Source of the DNA: Octopus sinensis
Taxonomy: Eukaryota
Length of the DNA: 64,000 bases
Direction: 5' to 3'
Assembly (NCBI RefSeq): GCF_006345805.1
Contig: NC_043002.1
Location: 23,560,001 to 23,624,000, forward strand
The notes beneath the pieces are model-generated. The model did no database searches, was not told the origin of the DNA, and saw only the letters and a list, made by a program, of their open reading frames with translations. A program made the position numbers and the translations under genes. Below, piece after piece: positions 49,442 to 61,330 of this stretch. Each line of letters begins with the position of its first letter. The first letter of the stretch is position 1.

Positions 49442-49522
49442 CTTATATATATATCTTATACATCTTATATCATATATCTTATATATATATATCTCATATA
49501 TCTTATATATATATATATATAT

Positions 49523-49575
<53 letters not shown>

Positions 49576-49590
49576 GTATATATATATGTA

Positions 49591-49623
<33 letters not shown>

Positions 49624-49625
49624 CG

Positions 49626-49665
<40 letters not shown>

Positions 49666-49672
49666 ATATATG

Positions 49673-49704
<32 letters not shown>

Positions 49705-49782
49705 ATATATATATATGTATCTTATATATATATCTTATACATCTTATATCATATATCTTATATATATATATCTCATATATCT

Positions 49783-49814
<32 letters not shown>

Positions 49815-49860
49815 TACACACACACACATATATGTATATATATGGATGTATGTATGTAGA
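49195..49860. repeat. Long degenerate (TA)n tract with an internal 279-bp duplication
   Basis: The gtatcttatatatatatcttatacatc block recurs at 49438 and 49717. Confidence 0.95.
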
Positions 49861-49891
49861 CAGACATGTGCGTGTGCACACACACACACAC

Positions 49892-49955
49892 AGAAAGTGG
49901 TGTTGTATCTGATTCCATAACTGTTATCATATATCAGATATCGTGACAGCAAATT
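49892..49955 (-). other. Weak candidate 64-nt exon
   Basis: Acceptor ttccttatcttttgataacattccag; weak donor tct/gtgtgt; only open frame reads [21 protein letters not shown]. Confidence 0.25.
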
Positions 49956-50879
49956 CTGGAATGTTATCAAAAGATAAGGAATATTAGAATTAGGTATGAT
50001 ATGAACAAGCAATTACATCACAAAGTTATGCTATTGTGTGTGTGTGTATGTGTACATACAAATATGTATGTATATATATATGTAAATATATGCAATATAC
50101 ATGTATGTGTCTGTTTATGTATATACACACATGCACAAATAAATATATATACACATACATATATACATGCATGCATATATATATACATACACACACATAT
50201 ATATATATATATGCATACATACATATATGCATGCATACATATATACATGCATAAATACATACTGGTGGTGGATCCCTATCGTTCGACAATAAGGATTCAG
50301 TTATTTAAACAGCTGATAACATGCTTTTGCCTGAAACATTCTATAGGCACTTGTACTCTTAACATAATTCTCAGACAGAATTAGTATGACAGTGTGTGAC
50401 AAGATTGTACTTTTTAAAATACAGTAGGCATTTCGGTAGGTTTCTATATTGTTACCATCAATCCAGTTTCACTCTCCCAAGATATGAGTCAACCTGGGAC
50501 TGAAAAGTGTGGCTTACGCAAGATTCTGCAAAGTGGGATTGAACCCAGAACCTCATAGTTGCAAAGCAAACTTTTTAATCATTCAGTCATACTGAGCCAA
50601 AAGTCTAAGTATTATCATCATCAACATCATTTTAACATCCACATTTTCCATGTTTGCACAGATTGGATGAGCTTCTGGTTGCCAACCTTCACCTGTTTCT
50701 TCAAGGTCGAACATGTTCTCACAGAGTGTTGGAAATGAATAACACTGCTTGTATGACAATGACACTCATTTACAATAACCATGTGATGTCAAGACAAAGA
50801 GTGACAAGCATATACGCACTCATTCTGTATATACACGTATATATGTTTGTGTGAGTTATATATCTATTATATATATATA

Positions 50880-51100
50880 TAGATATATATACACTTATTA
50901 TATTATATTTAACTTTTTTATACTTTTTGGTTAGTATAAAAAAATTTTAAAAATTATAGTTTATAAATTTAATAATTAAAAAAAAATTTTTTAAATATAA
51001 AAATATAATAATTTGTAAATATAAATTTTAAAATTTCAAATTTTAATAATTTAAATTTTAAATTTTATATATATATTGTATATTATATTATTTATTTTTT
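50880..51100. repeat. Almost pure A/T low-complexity tract
   Basis: Irregular A and T runs with almost no G/C. Confidence 0.8.
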
Positions 51101-51180
51101 AATGTTTTGGTTTATGTCTATCACTGTTTGAGTTGCCTAATAGTGGTTTTATCTCTGATTTAATTTATCTATATATATAT

Positions 51181-51300
51181 ATTGGCCTGCTCACTTAGCC
51201 AGCAGGGTGGCGTCATTTGAAGGCTAAAACAATGCGAAGCGCATTGTGACCAGCGATGTGTAGCAACATCTGATAGCCTGGTTGATCACAGTGATCACGG
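51181..51300 (+). mobile_element. Short GC-richer repeat fragment embedded in (TA)n
   Basis: About 120 bp, flanked on both sides by TA runs; resembles a SINE 3' tail; class uncertain. Confidence 0.4.
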
Positions 51301-52588
51301 ATATATATATATATATTCAAATTCAAAATGGTTGACAACTAGCATCACACTTGAAACTCAAGAGTACCAATACATGTAACTCCCAATAAATTGGTTGAGG
51401 GCCCTTCTTTCATTTGTCCACTCACAAACACACATAAATGTTGCACATCATCTCACTACTTTTCTGTTCTATTTGACTTCCTGAGCCACTCCTATATCTC
51501 TCACCTTACCCCTCTCCATACTGGTATTTCCTTTCAACTGCACCCCTCCCCTGCCTGTTCAACAATCACTATATCTTCCCCCAGCCCCATCTTTAGTCAT
51601 CTGTACCTATCCTCTCACAGTCTTATGAAAGTATCTGTTCTCTCATCCTCGCCCATAACCCATAGCTTTTATCCATAACTTCTCTTATGCTCACCTACAT
51701 GTACCTTGAGATGTTGTTCTAGCACCCCATCCCTACCTTCCTTTATTTCCTTTAGTCATGTGTCTCCTCTAAAGTAAGACACCTCTGCATGCCCCTGAAC
51801 CATTCTTTAGCCTTTTGACACCTGGCATATAGCCATCCACCTTCCCTTCTCAAATACTCCCTCTTAGTAGTGGGAGCTCCCCCCCCCCGTTTCTTGTTTC
51901 ACTGTTCTTTTTCTTCATCAGGCAACTTTACCAGTGCTGGTGACATGATAGAACACCTAGTATATTGGTATAAGTGTTGATGTTAGGAAAGGCTTCTAGC
52001 CATAGAAAGCATGTCAAAAGTGAGAATGGAGTTCAACATGATCTTGCAGCTCTTAAACCATCCAGCCCATGCCAGCATGGAAAGCAGACATTAAATGATA
52101 ACAATGATGATGATGATATATATGAAACATATGCACACACACCAAACAAACAGATAAAGCAAAGAAGGCTGTCAGTGACTTCCAAATAACATGGCTGGTT
52201 AGCTTTGTGTGGTTGACAAAACTGGTCACAGATGATACTTGAAAATCACTGCCAACCATTCTTCTTTGAAAAAATAGATTTTATACTCTACATACATGTA
52301 TTTCAGTTATTGTTATAAAAATAAAGATTTTATTGGAGCTTTATTTAATCTTAAAAAAGACATTTTTCATGGTTCATATGTGCCAGAGTTATTTGCCAGT
52401 CATCACAGTTTTATCTTCAGGATAGTATTTGGAAGTCTAGCAAGTTAGTAGTATCATTTTGAATAACAAGGAAGAAGAATGAACTTGTATTTTATCTTCT
52501 TGTTAAATTTTGGTTTTCTAAATTTTCAAAGTTGCTGATTCAATAACAGCATAATGCTCCATAGAACATGGGATAAAAATGATAAACA

Positions 52589-52884
52589 TCGCCCTTTTCA
52601 AGCCTAGCCAGGCTCGTGAGCCCAGTTTCCCAGGCATATGTGTTCCTCCCAGCTGGATGGGACGCCAGTCCATCGCAGCATTACTCAAGAAACAGGAATA
52701 GTGAGCGAGAAAAAGTTGTGGCGAAAGAGTACAACAGGAGTCACCACCACCCCTTGCTGGAACCTCATGGAGTTTTTAGGTGTTTTCACTCGATAAATAC
52801 ACACAACGCCTGGTCTGGGAATCGAAACCGGGATCCTCTGACCGCGAGTCTGCTGCCCTATCCACTGGGCCATTTTGCCTCCAC
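52589..52884 (-). mobile_element. tRNA-derived SINE
   Basis: Minus head gtggaggcaaaaTGGCCCAGTGGatagggcagc...GGTTTCGATTCCC (A and B boxes), followed by a non-tRNA body. Confidence 0.75.
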
Positions 52885-53699
52885 AAAGAACATAGGAAGT
52901 ATTCCTATATTTTTTTATTCTTTTACTCATTCCAGTGATTTGGTTCATATCAATCTAAGGACTTATTTCTGTATAGTACAAATTCTATTTACCTCAATTT
53001 ATTGAATTACTAGGTTACAGTATATAAAATAACAAAATAAGCAGCAGAAAATTGTAAGTAATGTAAATATTCTAGGCCATTTTAATATTTTTGAATCAAG
53101 CTATGTCAATTTAGTTAATTTCGATGTGGTATTTTTGAATTTGTTGTTGTTTCCTAGCATAGCATATTTTTAAAAAATCAACTATAAACACATATTTAGA
53201 ACAGTTATTTAAAAATTAAAAAAATTAAAAATTGTTGACATATTTGTCATTCTGATCATACTTGTTATGCGTGGCAATCATCCATCTTGTTTTAGACACT
53301 AGGCATATTCAGCCATGGTTCAAATGTGCCAATGGATTTGATATCTTGCCAGCATGGAAGATGGACATTAAATTATGTGGTTGATGATGGTGTTTTTGTT
53401 AATAGGTTAATAGGCATAAGCATGCTTGTGTGGTTAGTTTTAGGCATGGCTGTATGGTTAAGAAGTTTGCTTTCCAACTGCATGTTTTGACTTCAATTCC
53501 ACTGTGAGGCCCTGGACTAAGTAAAGCCTTGTGTGTGGATTTGGTAAATGGAAACTGAAAGAAGTCTGTAATATGTATGTTATGTTCCTTCCTGAGAGCA
53601 TAATACTTATTGCCATGATACCGATCTGTTGACATGCCTCTAGAATTACTGCTGCCTATAGAAAAGCAGGATTATTAGTCAGGGTTTACTCCCCTAGAT

Positions 53700-54050
53700 C
53701 TGAAGTACTATAGACAGCTCAAATGTCTAGCATTGAAGCCACATCATTAAAATGTTTTAAGGTGGAATGGACATGTCGTTCAAATAAGCAATACCAGAAT
53801 TCCAAAACAACTGTTTTATGGGGAATTGAAACAAAGAAAGGGGAAAGCAGTACGAAAATCTTCAGGTAAACTTGAAGAAATTTGCTATTTCTATTGAAAA
53901 CTGGGATGAAGAACACGCTGCTGATAGAGTAAAGAGGAGAAAAACAATCTTTGATCGTGTAGCATTATTTGAGAGGGAAAGAATTTAGCATGTCAAACAA
54001 AAAAGCAATTTGGAAGACAAAGCAAGCTGCAGACAAAAGTAGTCAATGTG
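53700..54050 (+). mobile_element. Decayed RTE-BovB-like LINE C-terminal fragment
   Basis: RWNGHVVQISNTRIPKQLFYGEL...NLKKF.I..ENW.E.AADR...FERER. Confidence 0.6.
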
Positions 54051-54521
54051 AAATATGAGGAAGAATCTGTCTTTCTCCTGCTAGTTTCAAGATTCAAATG
54101 AGAGAGAATGATGATATGAAGCAGCTGCAATATCCCCTGCAACTTTGTTTGAAGTGCAACATGTGTAGCACAGTGATGAAGTCCAAAGCTGGCATGAAGA
54201 ATCATTTATGAAGTTATGCAAAGAAAGAAACTCAAGAAGAAATCCCAAGATGTCATACTTGAAGACAAGATGTCAACTAATATATATGTATACATGTATG
54301 CACATATGAAAGTATATATGTATGTATGCATGTGTGCCTGTATGCATATTTTGTATGACCAAGTTTGTATTTACCGTTTCTTCATGTATGCTTGCTGCTT
54401 ATAAACAATGGCTTACTTCTTCATGCAGGTGTCATTAGCCTGCAGTCCATTGCAAAAGCCCATCCTGTTGAACCATCCAGGTGATACCAGCATGAAAGAT
54501 AGAATTAAACGATGATGACAT

Positions 54522-54645
54522 AAGAGCATAGGCTCAAAATGTAAAAGACTTTCTCACCTTCCCGAGCGTCAAACTAATTAATGCACCTGCTTGTTGTTTA
54601 TACACCTGTCTTTTTCTTTTGTTTTTCTGTAAATTTCAACTATAT
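54522..54645 (+). mobile_element. Third copy of the hammerhead-motif short element
   Basis: aagagcataggctcaaaatgtaaaagactttctcaccttcccgagcg...cacctgtc; ends in (TA)n. Confidence 0.6.
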
Positions 54646-54652
54646 ATATATA

Positions 54653-54768
54653 TATCTGTAAATGTAATGTGTGACAATTATTCGGTAGCCATGATAAAAC
54701 TCCGAGTTTCGGATGCTGGAGTTTTATCGTGGCTACCAAATAATTGTCACATATTAAATTTACAGATA
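54653..54768. repeat. 116-nt hairpin: 51-bp arms (47/51 paired), 14-nt loop
   Basis: Arms 54653-54703 and 54718-54768; begins at a (TA)n tract. Confidence 0.9.
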
Positions 54769-54879
54769 AATTCTTCTATTTACATACTATCGAGGTCTCT
54801 TTCATTCTTTTGTTGTCTTACCATTTTTATCAATATGTAGATATATATGTGTGCGTGTGTGTGTGTGTGTATGTATATG

Positions 54880-56370
54880 TACCAGGCTGAGTAAAAAGTA
54901 AGCAAAATTTTGAAACACGAAATTCATCACAATGTATTTCAACAATGTGGAAATTGTATTCAACAAAGTAAGTACCATTACAATCAACACATTTTTGCCA
55001 ATGACTTACAAGTCTGTTTATGAACTCCTTCTCTTGCAGGAAACCATCAAGGTGCTTGAAAAAGTGGTAGTTGGTAGGAGAAAGATCTGGGGAATAAGCC
55101 AAGTTCTCTCAACTTCTGGAGCGTCATTAATGAAATGTGTGGTCGAGCATTGTCATGAAGAATGATTGGCCTTCTTCTGTTGATGAATCTGGGATGGAGA
55201 AGTAGCAGTTTTTCATTCATTTTTGGTAATTTCATGGCAATATGCTTCTGCAGTAATGGTTTTTCCAGGTTTTAAGAAGTAATAGTTGATGAATCCAGTA
55301 GTACACCACCAAACAGTCACCATAACCTTCTTTTTGAAGAGCTTGGGGTTAGGGAAGGTTTTTGGTGCTTCATTTTGGTCCAACCACAGCGAAGAATGTT
55401 TTTATTATTGTACAGAATCCACTTTTCATCGCAAGTTACAATACAGTCAAGAAATGGATCTGTCTGATTACGGAGAAGAAACAACGAGCAAATTTCATAT
55501 CTGTGCATTTTCTGATTTTTATTCAAATTTGTCAAGCTTTTTTTATTTTCCAATCACAGGAGACCTGTTAAGTCAAATGCATGTACATGAACATCGAAAC
55601 AAATATCAATAGAAATAGTAGTTGTGATACCTGTGCCGGTGGCACATAAAAAGCACCATCCAAACGTGGCCGTTGCCAGCGCCGCCTCAACTGGCTTCTG
55701 TGCCAGTGGCACATAAAAAGCACTATCTGAACGTGGCCGATGCCAGCGCCGCCTTGGCTGGCTTCTGTGCCAGTGGCACGTTAAAAGCACCAACTGATCG
55801 TGGCCGATGCCAGACTCCCCTGGCACGTAAAAAGCACCCACTACACTCGTGGAGTGGTTGGCGTTAGGAAGGGCATCCAGCTGTAGAAACACTGCCAGAT
55901 CAGACTGGAGCCTGGTGCAGCCCCTGGCTTCCCAGACCCCGGTCGAACCGTCCAACCCATGCTAGCGCAGAAAACGGACGTTAAACGATGATAATGATGA
56001 TGATGATGCAAATGGTTGCAGGCAGTTTTAAGGCTAACTTGAAGTTTTCTTTGCCAGTTCTTGAGTGGTTTTACATTGATCTTTCTCAATGACAGTCTTT
56101 AGTTGACTGTCATCCATGAGAGATAGACATCCACTATGCTCACGATCTTCAAGGCTCAGGTCTCCACTGCAAAAACATTTAAACCATTTTCAAGCTAACC
56201 ACTAACTGGTCATTTCCTCACCAAATGTTTCATTGATATCGTGAGCAGTTTCAGCTGCTTTATGTCCTTTTTTGAAGTTGAATAGCAAAATTGCTTGAAT
56301 ATCATGCTTTGACAGTTCCATTTCAGATTATTGTAACAACGGTGAAAAAAATAATATCAATGTTAATTTA
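54880..56370 (-). mobile_element. Mariner transposase pseudogene interrupted by an RTE 3' fragment
   Basis: N-terminus MELSKHDIQAILLFNFKKGHKAAETA...NHL (56005-56340) resumes at about 55555 with IGK.KKLDK..., TCDEKW, HDNARPH, YSPDLSPTNY. Confidence 0.85.
55556..56007 (+). mobile_element. RTE 3' UTR fragment with tandem hairpin units and (GAT)n tail
   Basis: Three to four gtgcc-g-tggcac units, then cccactacactc...ggacgttaaacgatgataatgat. Confidence 0.85.
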
Positions 56371-56499
56371 TTGATGCATTTGGGCAAGTCTATGCCTGTA
56401 TTATCAGACAATTACAAAAAAATGTTTAAAAAAAATTCAAAACTCTGCAAAATTTGGTATAAATTTTTCAAGGACAATCTTTATATCCAACTTAACATG

Positions 56500-58800
56500 G
56501 ATGGCTTGTTAGAATACTGAGTACTGCATTGTTAGCCTTAAGAGATCCTCTCATATAAGCACCTGGTGCATAAAAGCACATGCTTAAATTGCAGCAGATG
56601 AGAGCTAAGAAACAAGGGAATGAAAGTCTCTTGATGGGCTTGAGAGGAAGAGGTGGAATGTAGCAACAAAGCCACGACTTGGTCTTTGGTGGATCAAAAT
56701 GAGCACATAGTGCTTGAGGCCAAAGAAATATGTGTGGCATTTCAACAGCACTTCGCTCAACAGTTTGGGGTGAATGGCAGCTCAGAACATAGGATGGACT
56801 TCAGTGTCTACCCCAATGGCATGCCATGACTCTCGGCAACAGAGGTGAAGCATTGCATAAAGGCCAATAACAGCCACAGAAATACAGGATGTAATGATGG
56901 GCTGCATGAGGAAAAAATTTCCCAGGTTTGGATGGTCTGCCCTACAAGCTTTACTTTTATATCCCAGACTTCTTTGGTGGCCTTTTAGTAAATATCTAAC
57001 ACACTTGGCAACAGAATGGGAGAATTCCTAGTTCTGTGAGCCAAGAAGCAGTGGCACTACAAAGAAAGGATTTGAACAGGGATGGGGGAATGAAATAGAA
57101 AATTTGAGGCCCATAATCCCGCTGGATGCAGATTTCAAAATTTTGGCCAAGGTGTTGGCACTTGTTGCAGAGGCTTTGAACAATTTGAATCAATCAAAAG
57201 CTTTTGATAGGGGTCAACTACCAGTACTTGGTGGCCATTTTCAGTCCTGGTTTTTTTTGTGGCTAGATAGCTGCAATATACAGCAACATCTGCTCAGTAG
57301 TTTAGGTGAATGGTTACATATTGGAATCATCCAGCATCAAGTGCCCAGTCCATCAGTGTCCCTTCTCATCTCTTCTGTATATACTGGCTCTAGAGCCATT
57401 ACTGCAGAAATTGGAGGTGTTGAGAGGTAACCCACATGGGAGAACCATGCTGGCATATAGACCCAATCAGCTCTCCTCTAAAAGAATACAAGGTGGTGAC
57501 AGGAGCAAAAATTAACCAAGAAAAGTTAGTGGATCTGCAGATCAGCACCTGAAGATGTTGGAAGGATGGACCAGTAAAATTACTCAGGGTTTGGTTTGAT
57601 CAAGATCTCCAGGTGGGGAAGAACTGGGATGGGGTGAAGAGTAGGGTAGCCAATCTCACCCAGAAATGGGTTCAGAGAAAGCTTCTCTGAAAGGTCAGGC
57701 AGAGGTGGTAAATGTGTGCATCACTTGTCATATATTACTACCTGATAGTCATGCCCAGTTTACATCTGACAAAACTGGAGCACACACTCTTCTGCTTTCT
57801 GTAGAGAGAATGTGCTCCACTGGTTAGGCACTATATTTATTGTCAACATCTGCTAAATGGAAGGCTGCTGGTGTATTTCCTTGATGGTGAGCAGGTGCAG
57901 TCATCATTTGTCTGGCTTGCTCTTCTGCAGCTTATCTCTTTGAGCTGCAATCCTGGATCAAATGTAGATCAAGGCAGGGTGCCTGGTACATAGAGTATCA
58001 GCAGATGCTCACAGTGCTCTGTCAGTTGGGCAATGCATGTGATAGAAGTTCCACTTTGGCATTCTATAGAGGGCTATGATGTTCTCAGGGAGACTGGGAA
58101 TTAATTGGCTGGTGTGTTCCAGAAGAACTTTGGGCTAGGGCCCATAGGTAATTTCCAAAAATCCCTGGGTTGGCAGGCATGGAAGTGCAGTCATCAGGGT
58201 TTGTCTGAGATATGCACAGAATGATGAAACTATTCTGCACTCTCTTGTCCAGTGCCCAAGTATTGCTGACTTCTGGGTTTATGTCAAACACCTACTGTTA
58301 AGTGTAGGACAGATCTAGCTATCAGCTAAGTCCATTCGGAAGATTGTCCTTCTGTTTTTCTTTGGCCAGGAAGGGTAGGTAGTATTCATTTGTCTGGTAG
58401 CATTAGTGGAAGAGGTTGTGTGGTGGGCTAGATTGAGAGAGCTGAAGACAGATACTTTCCTCTTTGGCCAAGTCATCAATTTCACTTGAAAAGGAAGGTG
58501 AGAGGGAAGTCCTGGCTCCCAGCAATTTTATTAAAAGGTGGGTGAATGTGGCAAGTATATATACCTGTAGATTGAAGGAAGACGATGTAGAGAGGGCATT
58601 TACCTTAGTGGTCAAGGTGGCTATTTTGTGGGGTTTCCACAAGCAGCCCTTGAAATTCTCCCTCTCTTGAGTATTTTTTGTTGTTAGAATTTATATTATC
58701 GTTTTTACTGTTTGCACACTTCTATTTATGTATCTCCACATCGTATTGTCCTGTACTATTTCCAATGTTTTTGTGAACCCTTAGTGGTAAATAAAGAAAG
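56500..58800 (+). mobile_element. Decayed L1/Tx1-clade LINE
   Basis: PGLDGLPY, RPIIPLDADFKILAKVLA, NQSKAFDR, QCPFSSLLYILALEPL; ends ...ggtaaataaagaaa. Many frameshifts; boundaries approximate. Confidence 0.7.
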
Positions 58801-60886
58801 CATTATCATGAAATTTATCAAACATTTGAACGTTCAATATTTCCTATTGCTGTGAAGCTTACTGAATTCTTAAATTTTCAACATGTAATTTTGTTATGAA
58901 TACTATTGAATATTTGACTTTTTTTGAGCATTTTTTATCACTTTGGACTTTTTCCTGTATTCAGTTTCTTTTAAGCTTTTATCTTGCATTTTTATCTATC
59001 ATTGAAAAACAAAAATATTACAGAAACTAGTACAGGATTTAAAAAAATTTGTAAACTTTTTTTTTTTGGTTTTTGGTTTCCATATGTGAATGAATTTTAT
59101 TGGAATTATAACACGTATGTATACGATATGTATCATATACATACGTGTTATATTCCAATAAAAGTCATTGTAAGCATTTTAAAAGTGAATTAATTTTTCA
59201 TGTTCATTTTCAACCCAAAACTAATTTTATATTCCCTCTTGTGGAAGTAAACCTATTTTTCTTGTACACACACACACACCACGTGTATGAGAGTATGCGT
59301 GTAATATTTGATTAATCTATATATCTCTCATCTGTCTTTCTTTATATATATATACATATATATTAGACAGCGAAAAACGTATGTGTGTAGAGGGTGTATT
59401 TAATATACTTCTATTAACATGAAAGAAAATTCCCAAAACGTGAGCACCCTGTCAACTTTATAGGTAGGGCAGGTCACAACAAAGAAAGTTAATGAGGACT
59501 GTTGTCCTTAAGAGAATCACACTATTTTGTCAATTTATGTGTGTGTAATGATATATACACACTTATAGAAAGATATATTTATTCGTGAATGTATATAAAT
59601 TTATCCATTTCCTTATTCATGTGACAAGTTTTAAGTATTACAATTTGTAACAGTAATCTTTAAGTACGATTCTTTATTTATTTATCTAGTAAAGGAAGTC
59701 AGTGATTGACTAACTTGGAAGACGTTAAGTAGTAGCCATTAAGGCGGGAGACTTCATTGTTATCACATGAGCTAATTATGGAGGGAAGGAGGACACGGCT
59801 TAAAGAAAGAGGGAGAGAGAGAAAAGTAGAGAACAAACAGTTCAGGGCAACAAAAAAAAAACGAAAAAAAAACCGTAGGCAAAGGAGAAGGAGAGATAAG
59901 AAGTAAAGACAGGAAATGGTGAAAAAAGAGGGACAGGGCAAGATGGTTTCTGAAAAATATAAAGTTGACGAGAAGAGGGGAGAACAAGTAAAAGTTGTAT
60001 AGTAGGAAATAAGTTAAGGAGGTGAGGAGGGTATGCTTAAACGAAAAGACGAGGTGGAGAAAAATATCTACTCGATCACGTGTATATATATATATATATA
60101 TACACACACTAACAATACTTTATTGGAGAATTCATTAATCAAAGGTCAAGGAGACCAGAAATCCAAAGAGTACTATGTAGTAGCTAAAAAATAATTGTAG
60201 AGCTAATGTTCTTTTTATTTCATTTTATAAATTGTTTTGGGAGTCTCGGTTTTCGCTAATTCATGCTTTGTGTGTGAGTATATATATAATATAATATATA
60301 TATACGCATAAATATACATACATACACATATATAAAATTTCGTTTTGGTGTTAACTAGAGTTTATCCCATTAAGCTCACTCAATTCCCCTTGGTGTGTGT
60401 GTGTATATATTATATATATGTGTGTGTGTATATTATATATGTGTGTGTATGTATATGCATACACATACATTTTTGTATGTATATCCAAGAGGAAAAGATA
60501 GACAAACAATTGTTATATTTAGATGTAAATACTTTTATAGCGGTTTCAAATATTTCAGCCATTCATTGAATATTTGGAACAGTTTATAAAAAGTATATTT
60601 ACGGGATATAGATATATTTAACATGTTATAAATCTAGTCCTAACACCTATAAGTGTTTGTCAGTATTTCTTCTTGGATATTCTGTTTCTGGAATACCTAA
60701 AAGTCTGATTAAGAAGTTACGAAATCGATCGGTGGGAGCCCTAAATTAGTGCCTATTATTCTATGCTTTCAAGAGCATCTTCTTTATTTCATTAAATTTG
60801 CCATAAGGGCAGTACACAGAGAAGCTTGCGGGCTCAGGAACATCTTCTTACCCACTATACACATTATATATATAGAGAGATATAAA

Positions 60887-60996
60887 ATACAAAATGGGAC
60901 AAGAACGCAAAACATCTGGACAACTAGATGATACAAAAAGGAAACAACAAAACATCCAGATAGACGGATGTTTTGCGTTCTTGTCCCATTTTGTAT
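60887..60996. repeat. Perfect 30-bp inverted repeat with a 50-bp spacer (MITE-like)
   Basis: atacaaaatgggacaagaacgcaaaacatc (60887-60916) is the reverse complement of 60967-60996; TA-rich on both flanks. Confidence 0.9.
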
Positions 60997-61089
60997 CTTT
61001 TATATATAGCGGCGTACGTACACACACACACATATATATTATAGGTACTTGTATCGCAGAGTACCTATATTATATATATATATATTAGT

Positions 61090-61330
61090 AGTTGAGGCAC
61101 GTGGCTTTTAGTTTAGGGTGTTGCACTCATAATCATAAAATCGTGGTTTCGATTTCTGGGCCTGGCAATGCGTTATGTTCTTGAGCAAATCATTTTATTT
61201 CACGTTGCTTTAAGTTTACTCAGTTTGTAAAAATGAGTAATTGTACGACGGATCGGTGTCCTGTCCAGCGGGGAGCATATATGCTACAGAATCCGGAGAG
61301 CTGGCTTTATAAGCCAATAGCTCAGGATGG
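61090..61330 (+). mobile_element. tRNA-derived SINE (family D)
   Basis: gaggcacgtggcttt-agtttagggtgttgcactca...tggtttcgatttct...ttcttgagcaa. Confidence 0.6.

Noticed and set aside
49205-49930. Long YI-repeat ORFs (and similar at 7255, 9017, 12790, 17458, 50001)
   Set aside because: They are (TA)n/(CA)n artefacts.
52830-52884. tRNA-like A and B boxes (also at 43933, 48900-48985, 61090)
   Set aside because: No acceptor stem or cloverleaf; each continues into a SINE body, so these are SINE heads and not tRNA genes.
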